Source: Octopus sinensis
Taxonomy: Eukaryota
DNA length: 64,000 nt
Direction of reading: 5' to 3'
NCBI RefSeq assembly: GCF_006345805.1
Contig: NC_043003.1
Coordinates: forward strand, 37,572,001-37,636,000
This document shows, in pieces, positions 36,274 through 50,212 of the stretch (position 1 is its first letter; each line of letters starts with the position of its first letter). The notes under the pieces were generated by a model. That model worked only from the letters and a program-made list of their open reading frames with translations, was not told the origin of the DNA and searched no databases. Both the position numbers and the translations under genes were made by a program.

Positions 36274-38249
36274 CATGCACACCCACTCATACACTCAGAT
36301 GCGCGCATATAAATGCAGAGAGAGAGATATATATTTGTCTTCATATCTACCTTTACTTCTTTCTCAACATAGCTACCTGTCTGTCTATTTCTTTGTGTCA
36401 TTTGTCTTTTTGTCTGAATAACTTCCTATTCAAACGAGTATGTATATCAGTTTAATTAGGCGACTGGGGCTAAATCATGCTTGTTCGTATCCATCTCATG
36501 TAAAATTATGCTTTCTCTTAACAGTTTTTACTGTTACAATCCACCCACAAATTACATGATTAAACACAAACTGATCAAGAAAATAATCAAACTGAATAAA
36601 CGAAATAAAAAAAAACAAAAATGCATCCATCTCGTGACTGATAGATGGTGAACGGGTTCTTGTTTCTAACACATAAACATATCAGCTGGCTGATGCTTTA
36701 CTTGCACCAGACTTCCGAGAATCTTCAAATCTTTGACGAGAAAGAGTATGACTTCAATTTAAAGAATTTAATTCTGTCGGAGAAGAATAAATAAACCAAT
36801 AGGAAAAAAATGGAGCTTAAAAACCAAGTGTAAAAAAGATTTGTTTAACTTATCGAACCATATACATACGATTTGGACTGGTTATTATTTATTACCATTA
36901 GCAGACTGGGGAGGAAAGAAATGATAAAGCGAAGTGCCAATAAAAATAAAATCAAAAATATCTCTGAGTATTTAGGTCCAAACTTTTATATTTTGTGTTC
37001 AGATACTTTGATTTTAGATATACATAAATACCTCTCTATATATATGTATGTGTGTGGGGGTGTGTGTGTAATATTCTGATGCTATGACCGAATTTTTTTT
37101 CTTATCTTCACGCATATGATATTATCTTAGATGTAAATAAAAATTGTTGCTATGCTCTTCTTGTGTAGCCTGGTTTTTAGAAAGACTACACTCTGTTCCT
37201 GCATGTTGTAAGCAATACCTAAACGGGCTAGCATCGGGAAAGATATCTGGTCATTAATAACTATTATTAAAAAAATCCTGTTCAACACATGCTAGTGTTG
37301 AAGGGCAGACGTAAAAAATCATAATTATGATGATGATGACGACAATGATGAAAATAATGATGGCAATGTTGGTATTATCGAAACTAATGCAATGGATATC
37401 AAAACTGTTGAGTGTTGGACAAATTGCTTAACGGTATCTTTTGTGGTGAAGGTACCTGGCCTAGTGGTCAGGATGTTTGGATCATTATCATAAGGTCATG
37501 GGTTCACTTCCTCAATCAGGCAGCATGTTGTATCCTTGAGCAAGGTACTTCATTTCATGTTTTTCCAAACCTACTCTGCTGTAATAATCACCAGCCAGAT
37601 GTTGGTGCAGCATTCTCTGCCACCAGCTGTCACATTCAGTGGTCGAGGGATAAGGGTAGTGGACATCTGTGTTTGCTCATGACTATATAGCTACCTAAAG
37701 CAGTTAGCAAAAGCATGATACATGCACCCAGCTCATACTCACTCATAAATGATGACTGGCTATATTGTACTGTATTGTAGTTTTGATATATCTCATTAAG
37801 ATTCTGAGTTCAAATCCTGTTCAGATCAAATTTGTCCCTTCAGTCTTCCAGGGTTGATAAAGTACCTGTGGTGTACAGAGGTAGACGAAGGTCAATTTAA
37901 TTGACCTGATTCTACACATCATCATCATTGTTTTAATGTCTATGTTTTCATAGTCGCATGGGTCTGATAGAGGTTTATTGAGGCAAATTTTCTACATCTG
38001 GATGCTCTTCCTGACCCCAACCCTCACCTGTTTCCAAGCAATGTAATATTTCCTTGTGGTAGAATACCAGAAGTGAATAACGCTGCCTATACATATGACA
38101 GTGACACTTATTTACAGTTATATGATAATAAGACAGGGAACACACACACACATGCATGCATACACACATACATACATACATTCAAATGTCATCATGGTGT
38201 TATCTACCGATGAGACATGAAGCTGTAGCTAGGACACTATAATGAAATC

Positions 38250-38730
38250 CATTGGAAGGATAATTCCGAGGACAAAGAAATAAGAACCCACAGTATAGTA
38301 GAAGCCATAGCCACTCATAATAAAAAGGAGTACTGATGGTATGTCCTAGTGAAGACCTCAATAGAATGTAAGCACAACAGACCTGATATAATGATTTGGG
38401 ATAGAGAAGAGAAACTGTGCACAGTTGTGGAAATTAGCTGTCCAGTGGATGTTAACATAAAGCTGAAGATCAGTGAAAAAGAGAACACCTATGCTGAACT
38501 CATCATCATCATCATAATATGCAGTTACTCTATCCAGATTACAAGTTCAGGTTTATACCTGTAATTATTGGGGCTCTGGGATATGTAACGCACTGCCTAA
38601 ATGCCAATCTTGAGAAATTAGGCTTCTCAAAATCAGAAAGGAGAAAGTTAATTTAAAGACTACAGATCCAATCCATCACTGGAACTGTAAAAATCTGTAA
38701 AACTTTCCAGAAGTTTGTTATTTCAATATA
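38250..38730 (+). mobile_element. R4/Dong-like non-LTR retrotransposon C-terminal (restriction-like endonuclease) fragment
   Basis: HNRPDIMIWDREEKLCTVVEISCP...K and IPVIIGALG motifs typical of REL-type elements. Confidence 0.75.
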
Positions 38731-39729
38731 TATATAAGCATGTCTAGATATGCAACTATATGCATGAGAATACATACATAAAGCAAAACATACAAATCTG
38801 CCATTAGGTTTCACTTCCACACACACCAGCTTATTTTAATTTGTCCTTAGTCGAAAGACACTTGTTGTTAATGTCCTGTTATTTTTATTTGTGTCTCTTT
38901 GTTCTGTTTTTTTTTTCTGTCCTTGTTTTGTATACATTCACTGCTTTTTTCCAAGGCATCTAGTGCTCTTAGCTTAGTTTTCCCTTGGGGCTGGCCAGAT
39001 TGGAGCAATCTCAAGTATAACCAGCCAAAATTGCAAAGATAATCTGGAACTCAACTGAGGAAAGAAAACTCCGAATGACTCATCTTTGTCTTTTCTTGTC
39101 CCTTTTTTGCATCATCTGTCTGGATGTTTTGTTGTCCCTTTTTTGCATCATCTAACTGTATGGTTGTTTTGCGTTCTTGTCCTATTTTTTTGTATTCCTT
39201 TTTATATATATGCAAACATACAAACAGAAATACCCTGTTGTTGATGTTGAAATTCCAATGAAGGAGCCTTAGATCTAGGTTAGAAACCAGCTCTTTCTCC
39301 ATTGGTAAGAAATCTTGAAATAAAACTGAACAATCACATACATACATACATACAATCTTGAGAAATTAGGCTTCTCAAAACCAGAAAGGAGAAAGCTAAT
39401 TCAAAGATTATAGATCCAGTCCATCACTGGAACTGTAAAATTCTGTAAAACTTTCCAGAAGTTTATCATTTAATTATTTATAGGCATGTCTAGATATGCA
39501 ACTATATGCATGAGAATACATACATTAAACAAAACATACAAATCTGCACATATACGTGCATGCATACATATGAACGTACATACATACATACATACAAACA
39601 AACAAAAATACCCTGTTGTTGATGTTGAAATTCCAATGAAGGAGTCTTGGATCTAGGTTAGAAACCGGCTCTTTCTCTGTTGGCAAGAAATTTTGAAATA
39701 AAACTGAATAATGACATACATACATACAT

Positions 39730-39920
39730 ATAGGTAAGCACATAAATGTGAAACAAGGTGGAACAATATAGTACTCAAATACTGGAGGTAGAGTAATATG
39801 CTTTTTTTCATTATTAAAGCTGCAAAAACATCACAAAAAGCTGCTAAATTGCCCAACAAATGGGAACATGAAACTCTGAGTAGTAGTTTCTTTGTGATGT
39901 TTTTGCAGTTTTGATAATAA
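39730..39920. mobile_element. Putative Penelope-like terminal fragment with fold-back inversion and decayed hammerhead fold
   Basis: 36/37-bp inverted arms (39811-39846, 39881-39917) enclosing a hammerhead-shaped segment; no ORF evidence for the element class. Confidence 0.55.
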
Positions 39921-39941
39921 AAAAAAAATACATACATGTGT

Positions 39942-39973
<32 letters not shown>

Positions 39974-40175
39974 CATCATCATCATCATTTAACATCCATC
40001 TTCCATGCTAGCATGGGTGGGACAGTACCACAAGAGCCGACCAGGCTGAAGCCTGCATTGGACTTCTGTAACTGTTTTGGCAGAATTTTTACAGCTGGAT
40101 GTACTATAGAGCCAGAGGAGTTTCAGCCAGGTTAGTATCAAAAGGGTTAATGCATGTATTTACATGGATTCCTGA

Positions 40176-40361
40176 GCAGCATTTATATTTTACATGCTGT
40201 GGACACCATTGGATTGAATGGTACTAACCAAGAGTCGGAACCATAATTATATCCATTTGTGCAGCTGGGGCAACATTTATATTTTATATGCTGTGGACAC
40301 CATTGGATTGAATGGTACTACCCAAGTGTCGGAACCATAATTATATCCATTTGTGCAGCTG
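40176..40361. repeat. 94-bp tandem duplication
   Basis: Two near-identical copies of ...TGCTGTGGACACCATTGGATTGAATGGTACTA...TTGTGCAGCTG. Confidence 0.9.
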
Positions 40362-40835
40362 ATGATAGGAGTGCACATATGTTATGCTTGATTGTGAATT
40401 TCTTATATCTTAGTCTTGTTTTTCTGGATTGTCCTTCATTCTTGTAAAGTAGAAAATGTGGATTCATAGCCTGTGGCAATTACTTTAGTATTGTTTGGTT
40501 TTCTCCATAGGTAACCTAATCAGGTTCGAACAAAGCTTATATATTGGTGTCTAGTTTTAGGAGGCTCTCTGGCATAAAATACAGATTATGGGATAAAGTA
40601 AAAATGAGTTATGTAATTGTATTTCATGTAAATATATGCATTAAACCTGTTGGTGTTTAAATCTACCTTTCTACCCTTGTAGAATGATCCTCGACAAGGC
40701 TCATTCTCATAGGTAACTTTCAACCCCAGAGACACTAGCCTTGGTTGAAGGTGTTGGCATTTAAGTTTTCATCCATATGAGTACTACTCTGTAATATCTA
40801 CATCAGGCTTACTTTGTGTTCTCTTGCACTATATC

Positions 40836-41002
40836 TTTTATCTTTTACTTGTTGCAGTCATTTGACTGTGGCCATGCTGGGGCACTGCCTTGAAGAACTT
40901 TATTTGAATGAATTGATCCCAGTGCTTGGGTGGTATTTTTTTTTAAAGCTTGCTACACAAACATACACACACCTCCCCTATTACACACATACACCTTCTA
41001 CC

Positions 41003-41038
<36 letters not shown>

Positions 41039-41200
41039 ATATATATGACGGGCATCTTTCAGTTTCTGCCTACCAAATCCACTTGCAAGGTTTTAGTTCA
41101 CATGGGGCTATAGTAGAAGTCACTTGCTCAAGGCACCACTCAGTGGGACTGAACCTGGAACCATGTGGTTGGGAAGCAAGCTTCTCAACCACACACCCAC
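40836..41200 (-). mobile_element. CORE-type SINE family B
   Basis: Same structure as 20075-20470. Confidence 0.75.
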
Positions 41201-43129
41201 GACTGTGTCTTTGAACTTTTATTTGTTTTCACTTCCACTAGAAGAAAGAAGGATGCCATCCTCAATTTGGAGATTTGTCTTGAGTGCTTACAGCAGAATG
41301 AACTCCACTGAGGACTGGGTAATATTAAGCTTCCTTCCCCAAAATTCAGAAGGCAGAAAGTCATGACAGATACTGCAAGCCATCTCACTTGGAAATGTTA
41401 ACAATTCCACCAGTCCGATGCCCAAGACTGATACTTTATTTTATTGATGCTAAAAGGGTGACAAGTAAAGTTGACCCTAGTAGGATTTGAATGCACTGAG
41501 ATGACACAAATACTACAAGCATTGTGTTTTCTGCTCTAACTACTCTTCATATTGGCTACCAGGCCAATTATATACCAGTTGTATACTGAGGGTGACACTC
41601 CCTCTCTTTCAAATCTTTGGCTTTCTGATATATGAAATCATTATTAGCATAGTTGTTTGGATAAACACTGTTTTTTGGGATTAACCCACTCTACATTTTT
41701 GGAAATTGCTTTGAAGTTCTTTTTCATTTGCACCAAGCATTTAGCTTTGTATGTTTTCACCTGAATATGAAGAATACATTATGAGAAAGAGGGACCAAGT
41801 GTCTATATTTTAGATTACTGGCTTCTCAATGTTGATGTTACCTTTATGAGATCCAGAAAATTATCAGATATCCCTAAATGAAGCTGTACCTCCTGTGAAC
41901 CAATGAGGGGACTTCTGCACATTGACTAAAACTGCTAGAAATAAGAACCAAGTCTTCTCCAGGTTACACCTTACTCTCCCAGAAGGTGAGTGATTCTGAA
42001 TAAAATAGTCCTGGGTTAACATTAGAAAAAAAAACAAACTAACAAACTAATGGGACTCGTGGTTTCATCATCATCATCATTGTTTAATGTCTGCCTTCCA
42101 AGCTGGCATGGGTGGGACAGTCTGACAGGAGCTGGCCGGGCAGAAGCATGCACAAGACTTCTGTGTCTGTTTTGGCAGGATTTTTACAGCTGGATGCCCT
42201 TCCTAACACCAACCACCCAGCAGAGTGGACTTAGTGCTTTATACATAGCACAAGCACAGGCCAGGTCAGTTTTGGCAAGGTTTTCACAGTTGGATGCCCT
42301 TCCAAAGTTAACCACTTTACAGTGTAGACAGAATGCTTTTTAAGTGGCACCAGCACTTATAAGGGTCACCAAGTAACTTGCAAGACAAAAATCTTTTGAG
42401 AGAGGAGGAGGCATTGGAGGAGGTGATCTTGTGTCAGATGATAATGGGACAGGGAGGCAGAAACAGGTATCTTGCTGTAGAGGAGGTACAAGGTGACCTG
42501 GCTGGAGAGAGAGGTGTGTGTATATATACACACACACATGATATGATATAGTATTATATATACCTAACATATTGAGTTTGACATGAGATAATGTTTGCAT
42601 TGTATAAAATATATACTTTCCAACTCTTACAGCTTTCTCTCTCTCTCTCTCTCTCTCATACACACACACATATTCACACATAAACAGCAGAATTATTAGT
42701 AGTCGTTCAGCCAGTGCTATTTTTAAACACAATTTTTAAAATTCAAAGAAAATCTCTTAATCCTTGTAATTGACAAGAAAAAAAAAATTAATCATCAGTC
42801 ATTGTAATTTATTGGAAAAATTTAATTTCATTTTCTAGTGGAAATATAGCAATATGTATTTTTAATTTATATTGATTATTATGTAAAAAAAAAAACCCTC
42901 TCCAGTTTTGGTTATTGATTACAGCATAAAAAAACCAGTTTCCATGAATATAATATTTTCAATTTTGTATATAGTTTCAAGGTATTTGCATTTTACTTTA
43001 CGATAATTCTCATATAGATAATGTAGAAATGTCGATCGTAAAAGCTGTTGACAAAGACATCTACAATGGTTTTAAGCACATGATTAGTTTTCATGTGTTA
43101 TTCGATATTGTACAAGTCTTTTGACAGAC

Positions 43130-43390
43130 ACTACTTACTTATTGAAGTTCTTTGTCTTTTTGTGAAGTACGTCTTGAGCAGATCGGGCTGGGGAGATCTT
43201 CCTTCTCCAAGTAAAAATTCATGGGAGATATTTGAACTTGGCAACCTGCTGGAATTCTCCTTGCTATCACTACCACCATTGTATTTCCTGTCGATACTGA
43301 CTTTTAGATATCCGATCTGAATATAAACTGAATCTATCTCATCAGTCTTGAGAGATGCCTTTTCCCCTGTTATTTTAAGGATCTGCAAAG
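43130..43390 (-). mobile_element. Degraded LINE RT C-terminal fragment (second piece at about 44960-45060)
   Basis: Minus strand GEFQQVAKFKYL resembles the LINE EQVDKFKYLG motif; duplicated at 44980-45050. Confidence 0.5.
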
Positions 43391-45092
43391 GTGTTGCATT
43401 CAGTCCCTTCTCCTAAGACTTAACAAAAAAAAAAGTTCATAAAAAAGTTGTTTCGTATTCTTGTACAGGCAAAATGGCTATATGAATAAGGTATTGGACT
43501 ACTGTCTCATAGTTTGTGAGTTTAAATCTGCTGCAAGTATTTTGCAGTACTTCTGGGCTAGATATTTTATTCTCTATGTCTCAAGCCAGACATAGGTACC
43601 AGATCATATGGGGATGTTAACTGATAGATTACAATTGATAGTGTTATCCAGAGGAAGATTAATTTCTCATTTGCTTTAGGCCGTGAAACTAAATACTGGT
43701 CCTCAGTGGGCTCTTTGAGTATTAAGAGTCATTTCTTCTCAACAACTACCTTTGGTAATTCTTTAACATTAAGTAGAGTAAGCCAAGATATGAATTGCTG
43801 ACACTTTTGGTAAGGATTTAATTGTTTTGGCCAGCTGCCAAGGCTAGTATGGTCACTGGATAGTTTGAACCATTGTAGGGTATGTACAAATGAATCACTT
43901 GACTTGTAAAAATCCAACACATTGATATAAAGTGTCACCCAAGTATGTTATATATATATTTAGTCTCATGCTCTGTTCTAGCTAGATATTCAATTTGTAG
44001 CTTTCACCTTTGTCCCAAAACTTCTCCAATATTTTCCTTAAGCCTAGACTGGACTGGTTTTATAGTTGCTGGAACCTTGGACTAGCAGAATTTTGGTGCT
44101 CTTACAGTTATTTAATTTTTTAATTTTTTTTTGTTTAATTTTCACAAGTAATACAATTTGTAAATGTCGGAATGAAGCATTTATCACAATTTATTAAAAG
44201 TAAGAATAAAGTACCTGTTCTATTTAGTATTTTTCTTCGAACATCCCAAATATGATGTGGTGTTGTTAAACATGTAATGTCCCAAGCAACTGCTCAAGTT
44301 ACCAGTACTTTCAGCCAAATCCTAGAAGCCTAGAATTTGGTTTTGTGTATTGTCATATTGTTACTGCTGGATGATACACTTATTTGGAGACCTCTTTGTC
44401 AGCTAGGCAAGATGAGGCAAGCAGGCAAATTTACAAATCTTTTTTAATGGAGTAGAACATTGCAATGACTGGCTGTAAAATTTGAAGATATAACATCTTG
44501 AATTTTGGCACAAGGCCAGTGATTTTAATGGGAGGAAGTAAGTAGGTTATATTGACCCTAGTATTCAACTAGTACTTTAATTTATTGACCCTTGAGATTG
44601 TAAAAATTTGGGACAAATACTGCTAAATATTTTTCCAACTCTCTAAAGATTCTGCAAGCTTGGTGCCTTGAGATTTTGAACACACAATAATATGGCCACC
44701 AGTTGAGTGATTTACATTCATAGCCTTCTGTGTGGGATAGATCTCACTGTGGTTTCTACAAATTAGTGTTCCACCAACCACCTGGTACCTTTGGCACATT
44801 TAGTACAGAGTTCACTGAAAGCATTCAGACCTAGTCTCCAGTTTGAGGATACTTCTCTCACTCTTATCAGTCTTAGAATGTGAAGGATCATGGGCACTGA
44901 TTTCCCTCCTGACTAGAAGATAAAAGAAGAAAAAATACTGTGTTATGGTGTAAATGACTGAATATACTCCAGATCAGACTGGTCGAGATCTTCCTTCTCA
45001 AAGTAACATTCATAAGAGGTTTTGAACTTGGTAACCTGCTGGAATTCTCCTCAAGTAGAATCAGTATTGTAGTGTGTGGTAAAGCTGGCCTT

Positions 45093-45320
45093 TTAACTCT
45101 TTCATTACCAACCCTGCTGAAACCGGCTCTGGCCCTATATTACAAATGTCTTGTTTTCATAAGTTTTGAATTAAAATCTTCCACCAAATCTGAGTCACAA
45201 TTTATGTTCATAACACTAGCTGAATGATAACTAAGTTGTTTTACTAATTCTTTGTTATATTTAAAGTAATTCAAAGAAACACAGAGCATCTCGAAATATA
45301 TACAGTAATGAGAGGGTTAA
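45093..45320. mobile_element. piggyBac-type MITE family 2
   Basis: TTAA flanks; reverse-complement homolog of 51349-51577. Confidence 0.75.
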
Positions 45321-47439
45321 GTATTCCAGATGTAGTCTATTTGATAGCCTTTCATACAGTTTCTGTCTACCTTATTTGACCCACAAGATGTTAGTTGACT
45401 TGTGGTTATAGTAGAAGATACTTGATCAAGGTGTGTCACACAGTGAGGTCAAATCCAGCATCTTATGATTGCAAAGTGAACATTTTGATCAACTTTTATG
45501 AAAATCTGCTGAAGTCTGCCTTGTTCAAATTTCTGGAAACTAGCATGAAACCATATATACATATAACTACAGACACTAAACACACACACACACTCTCTCT
45601 CTGTCTCTCCTTCCCCCTCAGTATGGTTAAGGGGTTAGCTTTGTAATCATGAGGACCAGGTTCTGGTTCCACTGTGTGACATGTTGGGCAGTATCAGTTT
45701 CTGTTATACCATGTGCATGAAACCAGGTAGACAGAAACTGTATGAGAGCCTGCTGGATGGATTCTACTTACAATTCAAAGGTCTGGCTTTATAATACTGT
45801 GTCATGCTGATTCTACTTGAGATCCATTAAATATATGGGTGGATATTACAGATATTTTATTAAATACTCCTAAAATCTTATTGTGTATTGGGAGAGTCAT
45901 GATGCCAGGAGTGAGAGAGTAAATCACTAAGTCACTGAAAAGATTGTGAACAGCGACAAAAAAGACTTTGACTAACAAACAATTAATTGTTTAACCAACA
46001 CATTAAACAAACAATTGATTAGTTAGTTGATTAGATATTTAACCAATTCACTGACAATAAAGAAGTGGAATTAAACCTGTGCGTGTGTTATCATTATTGG
46101 TGTAATGACACAACAAAATTTGCTTCAACACACAAATTCACATCAAGAATCTTGCAAACCAAATACAAAAACAGCCTAAAATCTTAGTTGTATTAAAAAT
46201 TAATTGAAACCTGGGCAGTTGACTTGCTAAAAATATGGTCCTAAAAGAGTTAACAGTTACTCCTCACAACCCAGCATTGATCATCCTTTTGTATTATATC
46301 CCAAACAACCAACTTGTTTAACTCTCTTATAATGGCCAGAACCCAACACAGATGCCACTTTGTGATTTCTCCCCCTGATAGAAATAACAGCCAAATTTCT
46401 CTCAAATCACATTTTACGGTCTTATAAAAATTTTAATGTAGTAGCCTTGGAAAAAATGACGGGATGGTTACTGTTGGAAAACCTTTGATCATAGGTCTAC
46501 TCAATCAGGGTTTATCAGTGGTGAAACATTATAGCCTTTATTGGCCAATACTTTTGATAACTGGCTACATTTTCAGCCTGTAAAAGCAGTCTGTTTGAAT
46601 GGATACATTAACAGTGTTTGGAACACTAACAGTCTTGAGATCAGTTCCATTATATATGCTTTATATGAATCTTGGAAGCACATTTAAGTGCCTTAATCAC
46701 TGTTGATTAGGTGAACTAACCAACTAGCAACCTGGTTGGGTGGTACCCTCTTGGGAGCACTGAGAGATCACAAGGGAGTGACAGATGTCAAGGGGTGGTG
46801 CTGTAGGGATGCTGGGTAAAATACTCATAGTTTAAACACTTAAAAAGAAAAAAATACTTTGTCAGGATTAAAACATGAATAGAAAATTGTGTTATCAGTG
46901 AGCAGAAACATGAATGGTGATGTGCCAAGGTCCAACATAAATTCATTATATAAGTCCTTACCTTTAGTAATCTCTACAAAAATTTAACAGAAGAGGCACA
47001 CGCCCACTCAGTTATCTAAAAAGAAGTACATAGTGGATAAAATAGTACAGTGTGGATAATAAATTTTTTATTTTGCAAAACAAGAGAATTGTGTATGTTG
47101 AAGGGTATTTGTAAAACAACATTTACATTAAATGGTACTGAGCTCCAAAATGTTGAGAACCACTATATTAGACTATTTGGGAATCTTCCATGCAGTAGAT
47201 TACCCAAGGGAAGATTTATATCAGTTTCTTAATTTCATGAAACCAGAACTGAACACTGACCCTTAAATTTTTCCCCGGGACTTAGCAGTTACTAACTCTC
47301 ACATTTCACTTCCACTCATGCTTTCTCTTATTATTATACACCCAAAGACCCATACTCACTCGATTTGTTTCTCTAATCACTACCAACATTCTCTGCAATC
47401 AATTCACATCTGTCATTATCAAATATGCTAATTACAGAA

Positions 47440-47800
47440 TTTTATGGGATTTCTCCATAAAGAATGACCTCATTATTGAAGCAAGGAAACCTGATATGAT
47501 CATAAGAAAAAAATGTAATATCATAGACTCTGGAATACCATATGATAGAAGATATCAAGGATGTTGACAAAACTGAGAAATTCTAGGACTTAGCAAGAGA
47601 GACAAAGAGATAATGGAAGATGAAAGAGTGAAAGTGACAGTTGTTCCGTGTGGTGATTGGTGTACTTGGCACAACACCCAAGCTGCTACCTAAGAAACTG
47701 TAGGATACTGGAATTGAGACATGCATTCTTAACCTGCAGAAAAGTGCCATCTTGCATTCTGCAAGAATCCTGTGAAAGATTCTTGCAATATGCAGAAACT
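47440..47800 (+). mobile_element. R4/Dong-like REL fragment
   Basis: Relic WDFSIKNDLIIEARKPD...VVIGVLGTTPK...LQKSAILHSARIL, with a (TAA)n tract just downstream. Confidence 0.7.
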
Positions 47801-47884
47801 TGTTGATGTCAAACCCCAAGATAATGTCCCTGTTAATTAAATTAGTAGTTTGAATTAATAATAATAATAATTGTCCTTTCTTAT

Positions 47885-48083
47885 TTTGACATAAGGCCAG
47901 CAAATTTTGAGAACTGGGGAAGTTGATTACATCAGTCCCATTGCTCAATTGATACTTATTTTATTGACCCTGAAAGGATGAAAGGCAAAGTTGAGCTTGG
48001 TGGAATTTGAACTCAGAATGTAGACAGACAAAATGCTGCCTAAGCATTTTGTTTGGCATGCTAATGATTCTGCCAGCTCACTA

Positions 48084-48138
<55 letters not shown>

Positions 48139-48358
48139 TAATGTTGATGATGATTTCAAATTTTGGCTCAAGGCCAGCAAGTTCAGCAGGATCAGGGTAG
48201 TTGATAACATCAACCCCAGTACTCAACTGGTACTTATTTTATCGGACTCTGGAAGGTAAAGTTAACCTTGGCAGAATTTGAACTCAGAACATAAAGACAG
48301 ATGAAATACCATTAAGTATTTTGTCCAGCTTGGTAACTATTCTATCAGCTCACCACCT
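47885..48358 (-). mobile_element. Two tandem SINE family A copies separated by an (AAT/GAT)n tract
   Basis: Reverse-complement SINE A at about 47885-48080 and 48160-48358. Confidence 0.75.
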
Positions 48359-48819
48359 TACTAATAATAATAATGATGATGACAATGACATCAACGATGA
48401 TAGATAGGTAAGTAGATGGATGGATGGATGGATGGGTGGGCATTGGTCTTGCAAGGCCATGGATCTGTAGCTGGGGAATTTTGTGTCAGCTGCTGATGGT
48501 GATGCACCATCTGCTATGACTGCACAGGCCCCCACAAGAGTGGCAGTCTCGCATGCAGTGACGGCATTTGAAGAAGAGACAACAACAACAGCTATTTTAA
48601 TTTAATACTGTTTTAGTTGTGTACACTGGATAATATATTCAGCCTGGCATCTATTGTCAATACCATTGAATATTATTATTCACTGTCTCCTATATCAGAG
48701 GTGACAAATCTCATTTAGGTGTGCACATGTCACTGAAAAGGCCTAAAAAGGCCAAAATTCATTTGGCATTCTCGCTAACTGCTGCCAGGGTGATTTTTTA
48801 TCTCCTTCTGATTGTGTTT

Positions 48820-49033
48820 TTAACCCTTTAGCATTCAAACTGGCCATATTTAACCTGTTTTATGTTGAAACTGGCCAGATCTTGCCTCTCACCTCAACCC
48901 TACAAGGTCATTCTAAAACTAAACAATCACATCATTGAAATCTCTAAACTACAAGATGATATGAATGATTAATTTAAATCAATATAAATAAACAGTTACA
49001 TTTGACAGAATAATCTGAATACTAAAGGGTTAA
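48820..49033. mobile_element. piggyBac-type MITE family 1
   Basis: TTAA-CCCTTTAGCATT...AATACTAAAGGG-TTAA. Confidence 0.85.
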
Positions 49034-49254
49034 ACTCATCACATTCATAAGAGATTTTATCTCAGATAAAAACTGCAGTGACTTGTATGTCAACTGTGTA
49101 TATACATTAAGTATGATACATAGATAGCTACTTAAAAAAAAATGCTTTTTCAATTATCATTTTGGTTTCCTTAGAATTTTAGTTAATTTATTTGGCTAAT
49201 AAATTATCCAAAAAGCAAAGTCTTAGTAAGTAGGAAGGCAGTCAAATCCCAACT

Positions 49255-50212
49255 CCCTTCAGGTAGATGGCCCTGCTCGATCTGTAGAAAAAGTGTAGGT
49301 AGAAACTCCATAAGATGCACCCAATATGAGCTTTGTACACATAAAAAGTGCAGCAATATCAGAAGAAGGTAACAGGGAAACTAGCTTTTGTATGTGGAAG
49401 ATGCACATGTACAATAACACTGAAAATGTGTAGAAAATAGACTCCATCAACTGCCAAGGGGTCATGCTAGAGGTAGTAGATAGCTTCTTATGTAGGTGAC
49501 CAAGTTAGTAGTGGAGGTGGATGCACTGAGCATGTAGCTATGAGATTAAGTTTAGGCTGGGCAAAGTTCAGAGAGCTCCTACTTCTGCTGGCAACAAAGG
49601 GCCTCTCAGAGTGAAAGGCAGATTGTATGATGCCTGTGTGTGAACAGCTATGAGAATTTTGATATTGATCTTGGCCTGTAAGGCCGATGCTACATGACAA
49701 TGAAATATGGACTGTGACAGCTGAGGACATGCATAGGCTTGAAAGGAATGAAGCCAGTATGCTTTGCTGGATGTGCAATGTCAGTGTGCATGTTCAATAA
49801 AGTGTAAGCATCTTGAGAGAAAAGTTAAGCATAAGGGGTATCAGATGTGGTGTGCAAGAGAGACTACTGCACTGGTATAGTCATGTGATGTATATGGACG
49901 AGGGCAGTTGTGTAAAGAAGTACTGATCTCTAACTGTTGAGGGAACATGTGGTAGAGCCTCACAGAAGCAATGACTAGTGACCAAAACCTTTGGCGATAT
50001 GTTGTGTTTGAGAAGACCCATCAAGCCGAGCAAAATCGCAGTCATAGCAGATACTGGTGTCACACAAATGGCACGTGTCGATGGTACGTAAAAGCACCCA
50101 TTACACTTTTGGAGTTGTTGGCATTAGGAAGGGCATCCAGCCGTAGAAAACGATGCCAAATCAGACTGGAATCTGGTGCAGCCCTCCAGTTTGCCAGCCC
50201 TGGTCATGGATG
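49255..50212 (+). mobile_element. Degraded RTE LINE 3' fragment including the zinc-finger region
   Basis: GRWPCSICRKSVGRNSIRCTQ relic and downstream RT-tail motifs. Confidence 0.85.

Noticed and set aside
35873-36421. 182-aa ORF and similar H/T/Y/I/C/V-rich ORFs in the track
   Set aside because: Translations of (CA)n, (TA)n and (TATC)n microsatellites.
36692-36793. Short ORF MLYLHQTSENLQIFDEKEYDFNLKNLILSEKNK*
   Set aside because: No recognisable family and no supporting splice partner.
43131-43388. 85-aa ORF as a host exon
   Set aside because: Another frame gives a LINE RT motif and the sequence recurs near 44980.
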